Shown here: in pieces, positions 18,907 through 28,239 of the stretch
Position numbering within the stretch: position 1 is the stretch's first letter
Layout: every line of letters starts with the position of its first letter
From: a plasmid
Sequence record: AP029161.1
Strand: one strand, 5' to 3'
DNA length: 64,000 bases
The notes under the pieces: generated by a model
Told to the model about the DNA's origin: nothing
The model's input: only the letters and a program-made list of their open reading frames with translations
The model's database searches: none
Program-made: the position numbers and the translations under genes

Positions 18907-20022
18907 TTGATTCAAGAAAATAATTTTTTGAATCCAATGGAGATTTTTTTAATGAGTGCCAATGTTTTTCCAAGTTACTCAAGGCAAGTAACAAATTATA
19001 CTTTACAAAGTGAAGAGAGTGAATCTATTAATTTGCAAGGTTTGCAATTTAACTATAATGAGTCTCAATTTATAGCTACAGTTAACAATAAATATGAGAA
19101 AATTATTAACTTTAAAAGAGAAGGTAATAATATATTTTTTGAAACTGATTCTTTGTTAATCACGCCAGATAGTGGCAAACCTACAACTAATATTATTGTC
19201 AAAAATAAAACGAAACAAATACTTTCTTATAACTTATATGTAGTTCCATGGTGTGATACTTATTTTGATGAAATTTGTGATATTAAGAAATCGATAGCAA
19301 ATAGCTCATTTAATTTTAATAAAACATTTCCATCTATTGAGTTTATACCATCTAATTCTATTACTACCTTAACTCATAATTTAAATAGAAGTGTCGCTGA
19401 TCTGACAGTTAGGATTTTAGACTTTTCTGAAAATCCAACTATTAAGAGGCCAATATATGGTAAATTTATTGGTGGTATTTTTAATTATGAAAATGTTGTT
19501 ATCTCACAAAATGTTTTAAACCCAAATAATGCTATTGATGTTAAATTTAATTCAGACGTAAAGCCAAGCTATTGTCTCATGAAATTAGAAGGTAGAAATT
19601 TAACATTAGAATTTCTCGATAGTCAAAATAAAAACTTTAACTTTTCAAATAGAAATTTAGACCAAGGTGCTTCTGATTTATTAAAACACAATTTAAACAT
19701 TGATATTTCAGTCTTGCCAATCCATGTGAAAATTGAGTACTTAGTAAATGGAAAAGCTGTTTTTGTCCCTGCTAACAAACCTAGAACATTAAAATTTAGC
19801 AAGATTGGAAATAGCACGTTAGCTAATCTTTTGAATCAAGATATTCTTTCAGACTCAGGAAATATTGTATTAATTATTTCAAATGAAAATCCTAAAAAAG
19901 AAATCACAATCAGCAATAATGTTGGATTAATTGCAAATAATTTTAAATCAATTGGTTATACAATTGATGTTAATGAGGTATTTGTTGGATTAACTTTGCA
20001 CATTGAATTAAAACAAGAATAA
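18907..20022 (+). CDS. hypothetical protein (371 aa), first gene of a block inserted into the head module
   Basis: ORF track; Asn-rich, no motif. Confidence 0.4.
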   Translation: MIQENNFLNPMEIFLMSANVFPSYSRQVTNYTLQSEESESINLQGLQFNYNESQFIATVNNKYEKIINFKREGNNIFFETDSLLITPDSGKPTTNIIVKNKTKQILSYNLYVVPWCDTYFDEICDIKKSIANSSFNFNKTFPSIEFIPSNSITTLTHNLNRSVADLTVRILDFSENPTIKRPIYGKFIGGIFNYENVVISQNVLNPNNAIDVKFNSDVKPSYCLMKLEGRNLTLEFLDSQNKNFNFSNRNLDQGASDLLKHNLNIDISVLPIHVKIEYLVNGKAVFVPANKPRTLKFSKIGNSTLANLLNQDILSDSGNIVLIISNENPKKEITISNNVGLIANNFKSIGYTIDVNEVFVGLTLHIELKQE

Positions 20023-20034
20023 GAAGGAAATAGA

Positions 20035-20253
20035 ATGAAAAATATTGAATCACTAAACGTTTCTGACTTAAATTTAGTAAATAAAAATCAAGAAATCATT
20101 GAGAATAAATTAAACTCTATAATCATTCAATTCAATGAATTAAAAGAGGAATTTAAAAAAATACCAATTGGAGCAAGTGCTTCTTCATTATCTGATTTGC
20201 AATTAAAATTAAATAACTTAGAAATAAAGCTTAACAATATTATAGGAGAATAG
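20035..20253 (+). CDS. small coiled-coil protein
   Basis: ORF track. Confidence 0.35.
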   Translation: MKNIESLNVSDLNLVNKNQEIIENKLNSIIIQFNELKEEFKKIPIGASASSLSDLQLKLNNLEIKLNNIIGE

Positions 20254-20254
20254 T

Positions 20255-21028
20255 GTGATTGATTTGTTTGATAAGTTACAACTTAATATCTTAAAAGTTA
20301 ATAAACTTTTAGAAAAAAAAGTAAATAAAGTTTTTTATGATACTACTGAATATAAATCAAAAGTAAACGGTGATATAGAGATTAAAGCGATTTCTAAAGG
20401 TAATCCAGTTCAACAAAATGTAGTTATAGGTAATAACAATATATCGATTTATAAAGATTTTATTGGAGGAATATTTATTGATTCTTTCCTTGGAAAGTCA
20501 AAAGAATCTGATGTTTTTGGTAGTAGTATAAGAAGATTCTATGATGGTAGAAATGGAACTGAATATACATATAAATTAAAAATTAGCAAGAATGATACAA
20601 TAAAAATTTCTAATTTGGAAAGCAATAGTAACTCAAAAATTACAAATCCAAAAATACAAATTAATAATAAAGATGTAACCACAAACGTATATTCAGAATT
20701 AATAAATTATCAAATGACTGAAGTGACTTCAGCTTCAGATAATAAAAGATTTGATAATTTTACGGTTGGAGAAATTTATAATTATTCATTATACGAAAGA
20801 AATTATAATGGAAAATCTCCGGGTGAAGGAGGAAAAGTAGGTAGATTTAAATTTAGATATTTAGGAAAAACAGAAGGTACAATTTATAAACTTGATACTT
20901 ATGACATTGAAATAATTGAAAAAGAAGGAGATGGAGTTCCATTCCCTCATGGTCAAGTGAGTATTTCTTTTAAATTAGATATTGATTTAATTAATTTTGA
21001 TTCAAATATAGTGAAAGGTATAAAATGA
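20255..21028 (+). CDS. hypothetical protein
   Basis: ORF track; GTG start. Confidence 0.4.
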   Translation: MIDLFDKLQLNILKVNKLLEKKVNKVFYDTTEYKSKVNGDIEIKAISKGNPVQQNVVIGNNNISIYKDFIGGIFIDSFLGKSKESDVFGSSIRRFYDGRNGTEYTYKLKISKNDTIKISNLESNSNSKITNPKIQINNKDVTTNVYSELINYQMTEVTSASDNKRFDNFTVGEIYNYSLYERNYNGKSPGEGGKVGRFKFRYLGKTEGTIYKLDTYDIEIIEKEGDGVPFPHGQVSISFKLDIDLINFDSNIVKGIK

Positions 21029-21309
21029 GATCCTTAGTTGAAATAAGAAAAATAACTTACTTAAAAATAAACAACTGCATAGAACTAATTAATGAGTTGA
21101 ATAAGATACTAGATTTAAACTCTGAGGAAATCAAAAAAGAAGAAGAAAATAAAAATAAAATTTCTTTACCATACCTCGATAGTTCAATAGTCTTATGTGA
21201 GAATTTAATTTCCGAATTGAAGAGAAAAGTTTATTTAGTTGATTATTTGTCAAAAAAGAATAATGAATGCATAGAAAAGTATAACTTATTGATGGAGAAA
21301 ATTAGCTAA
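21025..21309 (+). CDS. hypothetical protein
   Basis: ORF track; overlapping stop/start. Confidence 0.4.
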   Translation: MRSLVEIRKITYLKINNCIELINELNKILDLNSEEIKKEEENKNKISLPYLDSSIVLCENLISELKRKVYLVDYLSKKNNECIEKYNLLMEKIS

Positions 21310-21884
21310 TGAGTTTGACTATTAAATCAATTGATGAAAAATTAAGTAATATAGTTACTGAAACAGATAGTCTTTTCGATAAAGCTAGATATCTAGTAAA
21401 AAACGATAAAGATATTTTTATTAAATTGATGGAGTTTGAAAAAAATATTGATTTATTTTTGAATAATATTCCAGATGTTTTTGAAAATAATTCAGTTTTT
21501 ATTAAATTAAAAGAAGATAAAATTCCAGAAATTATAGTAAAATTTAAACAGATTTTAATTGAATGTGGTTGTTTGGAATTATCTAATCTTGGAAATTCTG
21601 AAAGAAATTTTTTAATAAAAGATAAAAATGAAAAAACATTATTAGGTCTACTATTAATAGATAAAATGAAATATAAACAATATTTTGGAGATCCTGAAGA
21701 TCTAAATTTAGAAGAGCTTATAAAAACAAATTCAGAAATTAAGAATGCAGTAAAATCTATTTATAATGTTTTCAAAGATGCTAAAATAGAAAAGAAACTT
21801 AAGTTTGAACTATTTAGTGATATTGATATAATAAAAATTAAAAATAGAGTAAAAAAATATTATGATATTGCAAAACAATTATAG
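21309..21884 (+). CDS. hypothetical protein
   Basis: ORF track. Confidence 0.4.
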   Translation: MSLTIKSIDEKLSNIVTETDSLFDKARYLVKNDKDIFIKLMEFEKNIDLFLNNIPDVFENNSVFIKLKEDKIPEIIVKFKQILIECGCLELSNLGNSERNFLIKDKNEKTLLGLLLIDKMKYKQYFGDPEDLNLEELIKTNSEIKNAVKSIYNVFKDAKIEKKLKFELFSDIDIIKIKNRVKKYYDIAKQL

Positions 21885-21890
21885 ATACTT

Positions 21891-22691
21891 TTATTTTTCA
21901 ATATAATATTCTAATGTAAAATTACTAAATACTCTGCATGTATCGTTATTTGTACAATCCCCATAAGATCCAAATCTAAATCCATTAACACGAAGTAAAA
22001 TAAAGTCTAAACCCTTAATAGGCAATTTCTTTACTTCGTTGTTTTGGATTTTTTCAGCCACTTCAGAGCAGCTGCCTGCATTTTTGTATTTAATTGTATC
22101 GATAGCAAATTCAAAAGTTGAATACAATCCTTTGAAAGATTTGTAGCACAATAAATAACTACTAGTATGATATGAATTTCCAACTGTTCCCCATATTCCA
22201 ATATCTATGTGATATTTATCGTCAGAACCTTTTCCATCAACTGATTTTATTGGATCGAATGCAATTTTATCAGGAATCTTGATAAATGAATGCTTATCAT
22301 TTGGAAATAGAGAAGATTTAGAAATTGAGTAATTTGTTGAATCAAATATTCCATCTGATTCAACTAGATTTTTATAATCAAAATCAGCATTTATCTCAGC
22401 ATCAATTTTAAAATCTGATGTTTCATTGTTTAGAGTTAATTTCCCATTTCCAAAATGCAAAACAGATTCTTTTTCTTTAACCGCAATTGGATGAAAATCA
22501 GGTGGATTTACTGGCGGTAATGGTGCTTCTGGCTCTAATGGTGGAGGATTAACTGGTTTATTTTGAGTTGGTGTTTCTATATTTTCACTTCCTGCATTTG
22601 AAGCGTTACCGCTACTTTTTTGATTTTCACCTTTATTACAAGAAACAGTAAGTAAAGGAATTAAAAGAAAAGGAAGCATCATTTTTGACAT
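21891..22691 (-). CDS. Pro-rich lipoprotein (moron candidate)
   Basis: Signal peptide plus LLTVSC lipobox-like Cys, and a PPPLEPEAPLPPVNPP tract. It sits in antisense orientation inside the structural region. Confidence 0.5.
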   Translation of the reverse strand: MSKMMLPFLLIPLLTVSCNKGENQKSSGNASNAGSENIETPTQNKPVNPPPLEPEAPLPPVNPPDFHPIAVKEKESVLHFGNGKLTLNNETSDFKIDAEINADFDYKNLVESDGIFDSTNYSISKSSLFPNDKHSFIKIPDKIAFDPIKSVDGKGSDDKYHIDIGIWGTVGNSYHTSSYLLCYKSFKGLYSTFEFAIDTIKYKNAGSCSEVAEKIQNNEVKKLPIKGLDFILLRVNGFRFGSYGDCTNNDTCRVFSNFTLEYYIEK

Positions 22692-22782
22692 ATATTTTTC
22701 CTTAAAAAAACAATTAAATATTAAATTAAACTTAATGAATATAGCATGTTTAAGAATTTTATCAACATTTTTAAATAATTAT

Positions 22783-23136
22783 TTAGGCAAGCAGATCTTC
22801 AAACAGGTCTTTCAATTTGCTTGAAGAATGTTTCGAGTAAAGTTTAACAAGTTTTCTAAACTTTTCATGACTAAATTTTTTCTTAACTTTTCCATTTTTT
22901 ATCAAGTCAAGATATTTATTTTTAATTTTATTGCTACAGTATAAAGATTTTTTCGTTTTATTTATTTTAATATAGCCATCATGTTTAAAATTATTCCTTT
23001 TAAAAAACATAGTAATAGCTGAATGACTTGTGCCAAGTAATTCAGATAATTCATAAAGAGTGTATTGTTGATTTGGATTTAAATTTAATATTTTTTCTGA
23101 CCATTTAGGAAGAGGTCTTCCTCCTTTAAATTCCAT
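22783..23136 (-). CDS. HTH DNA-binding protein, paralog B (candidate late regulator)
   Basis: GGRPLPKW..YTLYELSELLGTSHSAITMF is paralogous to the N-terminus of the upstream gene. Confidence 0.45.
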   Translation of the reverse strand: MEFKGGRPLPKWSEKILNLNPNQQYTLYELSELLGTSHSAITMFFKRNNFKHDGYIKINKTKKSLYCSNKIKNKYLDLIKNGKVKKKFSHEKFRKLVKLYSKHSSSKLKDLFEDLLA

Positions 23137-23540
23137 TATTTCTCCAATATTTTACACAGTTCTTTTGCTATATTTTTGTCTGACTTAGCACTAATCGTTA
23201 AAAATAGATTAATTTTATGTTCAAGTTTTTCTTTTCTCTTAGCTATTTTTTTTATATCGCATACAATTAATTCATCAACAAGACCTTTTTCTCTCAATAG
23301 TTTTTTTTGTATTCCTGTTCTTATGTCTTGACCTAAAAAAAGACAAACTCTCGATCTTAAATGTATTTTGCGATATCGCGATGGTTTAATTTTTGCTTTT
23401 CTTATTTGACCTTCAATAGCATTCTTACTTTTATTGAAGATAAGACTTAAATCTTCAAATGAATATTCGATAGTAGGATCTAAATCAAAAAATCCCGTTA
23501 CCCAATCAGCAAAAGATCTTCCTCTATATGTCTTTATCAA
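23136..23540 (-). CDS. HTH DNA-binding protein, paralog A (TTG start)
   Basis: RGRSFADW..YSFEDLSLIFNKSKNAIEGQI. The start lies inside the conserved leader, with TTG in place of ATG. Confidence 0.45.
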   Translation of the reverse strand: MIKTYRGRSFADWVTGFFDLDPTIEYSFEDLSLIFNKSKNAIEGQIRKAKIKPSRYRKIHLRSRVCLFLGQDIRTGIQKKLLREKGLVDELIVCDIKKIAKRKEKLEHKINLFLTISAKSDKNIAKELCKILEK

Positions 23541-23574
23541 TTCAGTTCTCCCTATGGGATTGGTTTTACATTGA

Positions 23575-23587
23575 CGGACTGTCTAAA
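23575..23587 (-). promoter_or_regulatory. late-operon motif, copy 3a (reads TTAGACAGTCCGT on the minus strand; drives the regulator/lipoprotein operon)
   Basis: Plus strand reads ACGGACTGTCTAA. Confidence 0.5.
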
Positions 23588-23602
23588 TTGTTTAGTTAAA
23601 GA

Positions 23603-23613
23603 GACTGTCCGTC
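23603..23613 (+). promoter_or_regulatory. late-operon motif variant GACTGTCCGTC, copy 3b (faces the head operon)
   Basis: Forms an imperfect dyad with 3a (TTGACGGACTGTC .. GACTGTCCGTCAA). Lies 35 nt before the ATG at 23648. Confidence 0.45.
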
Positions 23614-23647
23614 AAAGTGCTTTTATATTGAGCTATGAGGAGGCTTC

Positions 23648-24814
23648 ATGTCAACTGGGTACAATTTTGTAAAAATAAATACCGACAAACCGCACATAAC
23701 ATCGCAGGGTTTTTTAAGATGCAAGGTTGCAGCAAGTAAAACAGGAGTCTTCACTTATTATGATAAGCACGGAAAAATTAGAAGAGAGTTAAGACTACCA
23801 GAGGAAGTCTTTAATAAAGATAGCATGGCTAGTTTGGCGAATATTCCTTTTACTAATGATCATCCTTTAGAAGCTGTTAATGCTTTTAATTCAGAAAAAT
23901 ATACTAAGGGTTTTACAGATTCTACAGTTCAACAAAATAAAGATTTACTAGAAACCTACGTAACTATTACTGATGCAAAACTAATTCAAAATATTTTAGA
24001 TGGAAAAAAAGAAGCATCAGCAGGATATTCGAGGGATTTAGAATATAAAAGCGGAGAATACGAAGGAAAACCATACGACTGCATTCAAAGAAATATTCGC
24101 TACAACCATTTAGCTCTCGTAAATAAAGGTAGAGCAAATAAAGATGAAGAATTAGCAAGAGTAAAGTTAATTTTAGATTCAGCAGATGCTGAAGATGATA
24201 TTTCGATAGAAATAGAAAATGAAAATTTAAATAGTTTAGAAAAAGAAGGAGAAAAATTTTCTATGAAGTTAAATTTAGATGGTATTGATCACGAATTTAC
24301 AGATGCTAATTTAGCAATTGCTGTAAATGATAAAATAAATAAAGATCTATTAAAAATAAATGAACTAAAAAATGCAAATGAAGATTTTAAGAAAAAGCTT
24401 GATGCTGTTAGTGCAGAAAAAGACGCTCTTAAGCTTAATTTAGATTCATTAAGCAATGAAATTAATGAATTGAAAAACGCTCCAAAAATTGATGATAAAT
24501 TGATATTAGAAAAAGCAAACGAATTAATTGAAGTTAAATCTTTTGTGGCTAGAGCCTTACCAAAGCTAAATCTAGACGGACTCAGTGCGGAAGAAATCAG
24601 AAAACAATTTGTCTCAGAAAAATTTGGAAAAGAACATACTAGTGACAAATCGATTGATTACATCAGAGCTTCATTTGATGCGTTTAAGAAATTAAATAAC
24701 GTTACTAATAATGATGCAGAAGCAAAAGCAGTGGCGAGTCATTTTCAAAATAGCACTAATGATTCAAGAGCTTCAGCAAGAGATAATTATATGAATAAAT
24801 TTTCTGGTAAATAA
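23648..24814 (+). CDS. prohead protease / scaffolding fusion protein (XkdF/DUF2213-like N-terminus, coiled-coil C-terminus)
   Basis: Position before the capsid gene. C-terminal half is a heptad coiled coil (KINELKNANEDFKKKLDAVSAEKDALK). Confidence 0.45.
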   Translation: MSTGYNFVKINTDKPHITSQGFLRCKVAASKTGVFTYYDKHGKIRRELRLPEEVFNKDSMASLANIPFTNDHPLEAVNAFNSEKYTKGFTDSTVQQNKDLLETYVTITDAKLIQNILDGKKEASAGYSRDLEYKSGEYEGKPYDCIQRNIRYNHLALVNKGRANKDEELARVKLILDSADAEDDISIEIENENLNSLEKEGEKFSMKLNLDGIDHEFTDANLAIAVNDKINKDLLKINELKNANEDFKKKLDAVSAEKDALKLNLDSLSNEINELKNAPKIDDKLILEKANELIEVKSFVARALPKLNLDGLSAEEIRKQFVSEKFGKEHTSDKSIDYIRASFDAFKKLNNVTNNDAEAKAVASHFQNSTNDSRASARDNYMNKFSGK

Positions 24815-24831
24815 TAATAAGGAGAAATTTA

Positions 24832-25317
24832 ATGGGTTATAGCATGTATATGGATATCGCTTATGCTGGTCAATTAGCAGATATAAATACATATATTGCA
24901 AGAACATATTCAGCAAGTGAGGATATTCCATTAGGAGTACTTGTTGCAAGAACTGAATTAGGGAAAGAAGATGCAAAAAAAGCAATTAAAAAAGAAGACG
25001 AAATTCTAGGAATATCAATGAGAGATGTTTCTGCAATTAATGATGGAACAGATGGTTTTAAAGCTAAATCTCCATTAGCGGCAATAAGTTTTGGTTGTAT
25101 TTATGTTGCCGTTGAGTCGGATGTTAAATCTGGCCAACCTGTTTTTGTAAGAGTAGTAGAAGATGGGTCTTTAAAAGTTGGCGGATTTTCTGGAAAAGAA
25201 GATTCAACAAAATCTAATACATTAAAATTAAAAAATGCAAAATTTGTAACATCTGCTCCAGCGGGAAAGATTGCGCAAGTAGAATTACTTGGAAATCTTG
25301 AGCTTGTTGCAGTTTAA
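24832..25317 (+). CDS. head structural protein (decoration/auxiliary). Assignment is by position only.
   Basis: SD aaggag. Lies between the scaffold and capsid genes. Confidence 0.35.
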   Translation: MGYSMYMDIAYAGQLADINTYIARTYSASEDIPLGVLVARTELGKEDAKKAIKKEDEILGISMRDVSAINDGTDGFKAKSPLAAISFGCIYVAVESDVKSGQPVFVRVVEDGSLKVGGFSGKEDSTKSNTLKLKNAKFVTSAPAGKIAQVELLGNLELVAV

Positions 25318-25336
25318 ATAAGGAGTCAATTAATTA

Positions 25337-26236
25337 ATGAATGATACGTTTTATGTAGAAGAACAGCTTAAAAATATAATTCCCAAAGCCTATGAAGCGA
25401 AATTTCCAGCATTGAAAGCTAAAGAAATTTTCCCTGTCGATTATTCAGATGGTAATGGCGTGGACGTGATTGAATGGTATTCATATGGTGCAAGGGGTAT
25501 TGCCAAAATTATTGCAAGTTACGCAGCTAAAGATATTCCACGAGTAGATGTTGATGGAAAAAAGAATTTTATAAAGGTTTTCTCTGGTGGAGATTCTTTT
25601 GGGTACAGTATCGATGATATTAGAAAATCTCAAAGAACAGGAAAATCACTCGAAGTTAGCAAAGCAACTGCTGCTTTAAGAGCAAATGAAGAGCTTATAG
25701 AGCGTATTGCATTTAAGGGTGATCCTAAATTTGGAATTTTAGGAATTTTAGATCATCCAAATATCCCAAGATTTTCTACATTAAAAAGTTCTACTAATAA
25801 ATTTGCATGGAAAGATAAGTCAGCAAAAGAAAAACTAGACGATTTATATGCAATGTTTAACACAATTACAAAATCTACTAATGATATGGAAACGCCTGAC
25901 TCTATCGCTTGGTCACCTGATATTCATAATTTTATGCACGAAACTCCTTATTCAGATAGGGATGCAACGCCAATTATTGAAATATTTAAAAAGGCAAAAC
26001 CTGAAATAAAAAACTTTTTTAAAGTTCCTCATTTCAGCAAAGCAGGAGCAAATGATTCAGATATCGTAATAATGTTTAATAAAGATCCTGAAAAAATATG
26101 TCTTAAAATTCCACATGAAACAGAGTTCCTACCTCCGCAAACAGAAGGATTGGAACAGGTGGTTTATACAACTCTTAGAATTGCTGGGGTTGTTATTTTT
26201 ATGCCATTTTCTGTTCTTATTGGTGAGGGTTATTAA
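25337..26236 (+). CDS. major capsid protein (by position and size)
   Basis: 299 aa, strong SD taaggag, follows the protease/scaffold. Confidence 0.5.
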   Translation: MNDTFYVEEQLKNIIPKAYEAKFPALKAKEIFPVDYSDGNGVDVIEWYSYGARGIAKIIASYAAKDIPRVDVDGKKNFIKVFSGGDSFGYSIDDIRKSQRTGKSLEVSKATAALRANEELIERIAFKGDPKFGILGILDHPNIPRFSTLKSSTNKFAWKDKSAKEKLDDLYAMFNTITKSTNDMETPDSIAWSPDIHNFMHETPYSDRDATPIIEIFKKAKPEIKNFFKVPHFSKAGANDSDIVIMFNKDPEKICLKIPHETEFLPPQTEGLEQVVYTTLRIAGVVIFMPFSVLIGEGY

Positions 26237-26559
26237 TGAAAATCAAGTCAAATTTAAATTACATTCACTATTTCGAAAACGTTGCGATTTTACCAAATGT
26301 AAATAATATTAGCGAAGATGATTATAATAAAATCAAAGATAATCCAATTTTTAAATACAAAAATGATGAAGGTTATTTTGAAACTAAATATGAATTTAGT
26401 CTTCAAAATTTAAATCCAGCAAGAGCAATTAAGTCTATAAATGATTGCATTGATGTGAATTTACTAAATAGTGAGCTGGAAAAAGAGACAAGAGAATCAG
26501 TTAAAAAAGCTATCATTAATAGAATTAAAGATATTTCAACTCCTGAAGAAGTGAAATAA
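26236..26559 (+). CDS. head completion/neck protein
   Basis: Position in a translationally coupled series. Confidence 0.35.
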   Translation: MKIKSNLNYIHYFENVAILPNVNNISEDDYNKIKDNPIFKYKNDEGYFETKYEFSLQNLNPARAIKSINDCIDVNLLNSELEKETRESVKKAIINRIKDISTPEEVK

Positions 26560-26910
26560 ATGGAACTTACAGCAGATTTTCTTAAATCAATATTTCCTGA
26601 ATTTAAAGATTATGAAAATAAAACGATCCAATATTTTATTGATTCAAATTCTAAGAAGTTAAATAAAGATTTTTATAACATTGATTGGGAAATGGCTGTA
26701 TTAAATTTATCTGCACATCAAACTTTATTAGCTAAAAAAGGTTCAAACAAAAAAGGTGAATTAGTTTCTGAAACGATTGCGGGTGTGGACAGAACCTATA
26801 AAACAAGTCACACAAATCCAAACGATTCTTATTTTTTATCAACTATTTATGGCTCTGAGTATCTGAGGATTAAAAAGGAAAATTCATATTTTAGAGGTTT
26901 CACTACATGA
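26560..26910 (+). CDS. head-tail adaptor protein
   Basis: Position. Confidence 0.35.
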   Translation: MELTADFLKSIFPEFKDYENKTIQYFIDSNSKKLNKDFYNIDWEMAVLNLSAHQTLLAKKGSNKKGELVSETIAGVDRTYKTSHTNPNDSYFLSTIYGSEYLRIKKENSYFRGFTT

Positions 26911-27425
26911 AAGTTTCTATTAAAGAAAAAATAAATATCAATTTAAAAAAGAAACTTAATGAAGTCTGCTCTTATGAAGCTTTAGTTGGAATAAACGAAA
27001 GAGATGCTCAAAAAAAGAAAACATATTTTAGTTATTCTGAGAAAAATGGAAAGCAATTAAAATTTTCAAAAGATGTAACTCTTGGAGAAGTAGCTGCAAT
27101 TCATGAGTTCGGCGACCCATCTAATAATATTCCTGAGCGTTCATTTTTACGTGACACGTTAGAAATAAAAAAAGATGAAATTATAAATAACATTAAAGAA
27201 CAAATAGAGACGGCAATAAAAAGTAAATCAAGTGCAAAAATGGCTGTTAAAGCGATTTCTAATGATTTTCTGAACAAGGTTCAAGAAAGAATTTTAGATG
27301 GAATCGAACCACAACTAAGCTCTGAGACAGTTGAAAGAAAAGGTCATGATTTACAATTAGTGGATACTGATCAGCTATTTGATTCTATAAAAAGCAGGGT
27401 AAATAAAAAAGGTGTTTCATCATGA
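26907..27425 (+). CDS. head-tail joining protein
   Basis: Position; overlapping starts. Confidence 0.35.
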   Translation: MKVSIKEKININLKKKLNEVCSYEALVGINERDAQKKKTYFSYSEKNGKQLKFSKDVTLGEVAAIHEFGDPSNNIPERSFLRDTLEIKKDEIINNIKEQIETAIKSKSSAKMAVKAISNDFLNKVQERILDGIEPQLSSETVERKGHDLQLVDTDQLFDSIKSRVNKKGVSS

Positions 27426-27757
27426 ATATTTTAGAAATGATGGAAGACAAGCAAATAAATATCAAAATTTTAAGAAAAAATCCTGCAAGATTTGAAAGAG
27501 GAAGGGAAATAAAAGATTCTGCTAATGAATTTGAATTAATAGGTTTCGCTTCACCTACAAAAAATAATTCCTCTACTCAAAGCCAAGGGTCTTATTCTTT
27601 TACTTCATTAGATGTTTATACTGAAGTAGAACTGCTTACGGATGATAATGAAAGTAAAATAGCTGACAGAGTCATTATAAATAATAAAAAATACAAAATA
27701 TTAGGATGTAATTTTTGTCATGATTTTTATATCTCGCAAGGAGAATTAGAAAAATGA
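27422..27757 (+). CDS. neck/tail completion protein
   Basis: Position. Confidence 0.35.
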   Translation: MNILEMMEDKQINIKILRKNPARFERGREIKDSANEFELIGFASPTKNNSSTQSQGSYSFTSLDVYTEVELLTDDNESKIADRVIINNKKYKILGCNFCHDFYISQGELEK

Positions 27758-28239
27758 GTTACATCGAAAAATTTAAGGATTATTTATATGATTGGTTAGT
27801 GGGATTTGGCGAGGTTCGCTTTGCAAATCAATCCGTAGGAATTCCAAAATATCCTTTTATTATTTGCAGCATTAAGTCAATCAATAAAAGAGGTTTAGAT
27901 CAAGAAATTTTGAATTTAAAAGATGATGAAGTTTTAAGATATGGTTCTAGGGATTTTAATGTTTCAATAGATATCTACGATAATGAAAATGGAAATGCTC
28001 AAGAAATTGCACAAAATATAGCGGATTATATAGATTCGAGAAGTACAAGTTTATTCTTTAGACAAATAAATTTTGTTTTAAATAGCGATGTTAAAATTGT
28101 AGATTTAACAACCCTAATTAAAACAAAATTTGAACAAAGAGTTCATATTGACTTAACAGCAAAATACACTGCAAATATTAAAGAAAAAATTGAAACAATT
28201 GAATTAAACAAAATTAAAATAAAAGGAGAATTTAACTAA
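27754..28239 (+). CDS. tail completion protein
   Basis: Position. Confidence 0.35.
   Translation: MSYIEKFKDYLYDWLVGFGEVRFANQSVGIPKYPFIICSIKSINKRGLDQEILNLKDDEVLRYGSRDFNVSIDIYDNENGNAQEIAQNIADYIDSRSTSLFFRQINFVLNSDVKIVDLTTLIKTKFEQRVHIDLTAKYTANIKEKIETIELNKIKIKGEFN

Noticed and set aside
24289-24648. 119-aa minus-strand ORF inside the scaffold coiled-coil region
   Set aside because: Ser/Phe-rich low-complexity antisense of repetitive coiled-coil coding sequence
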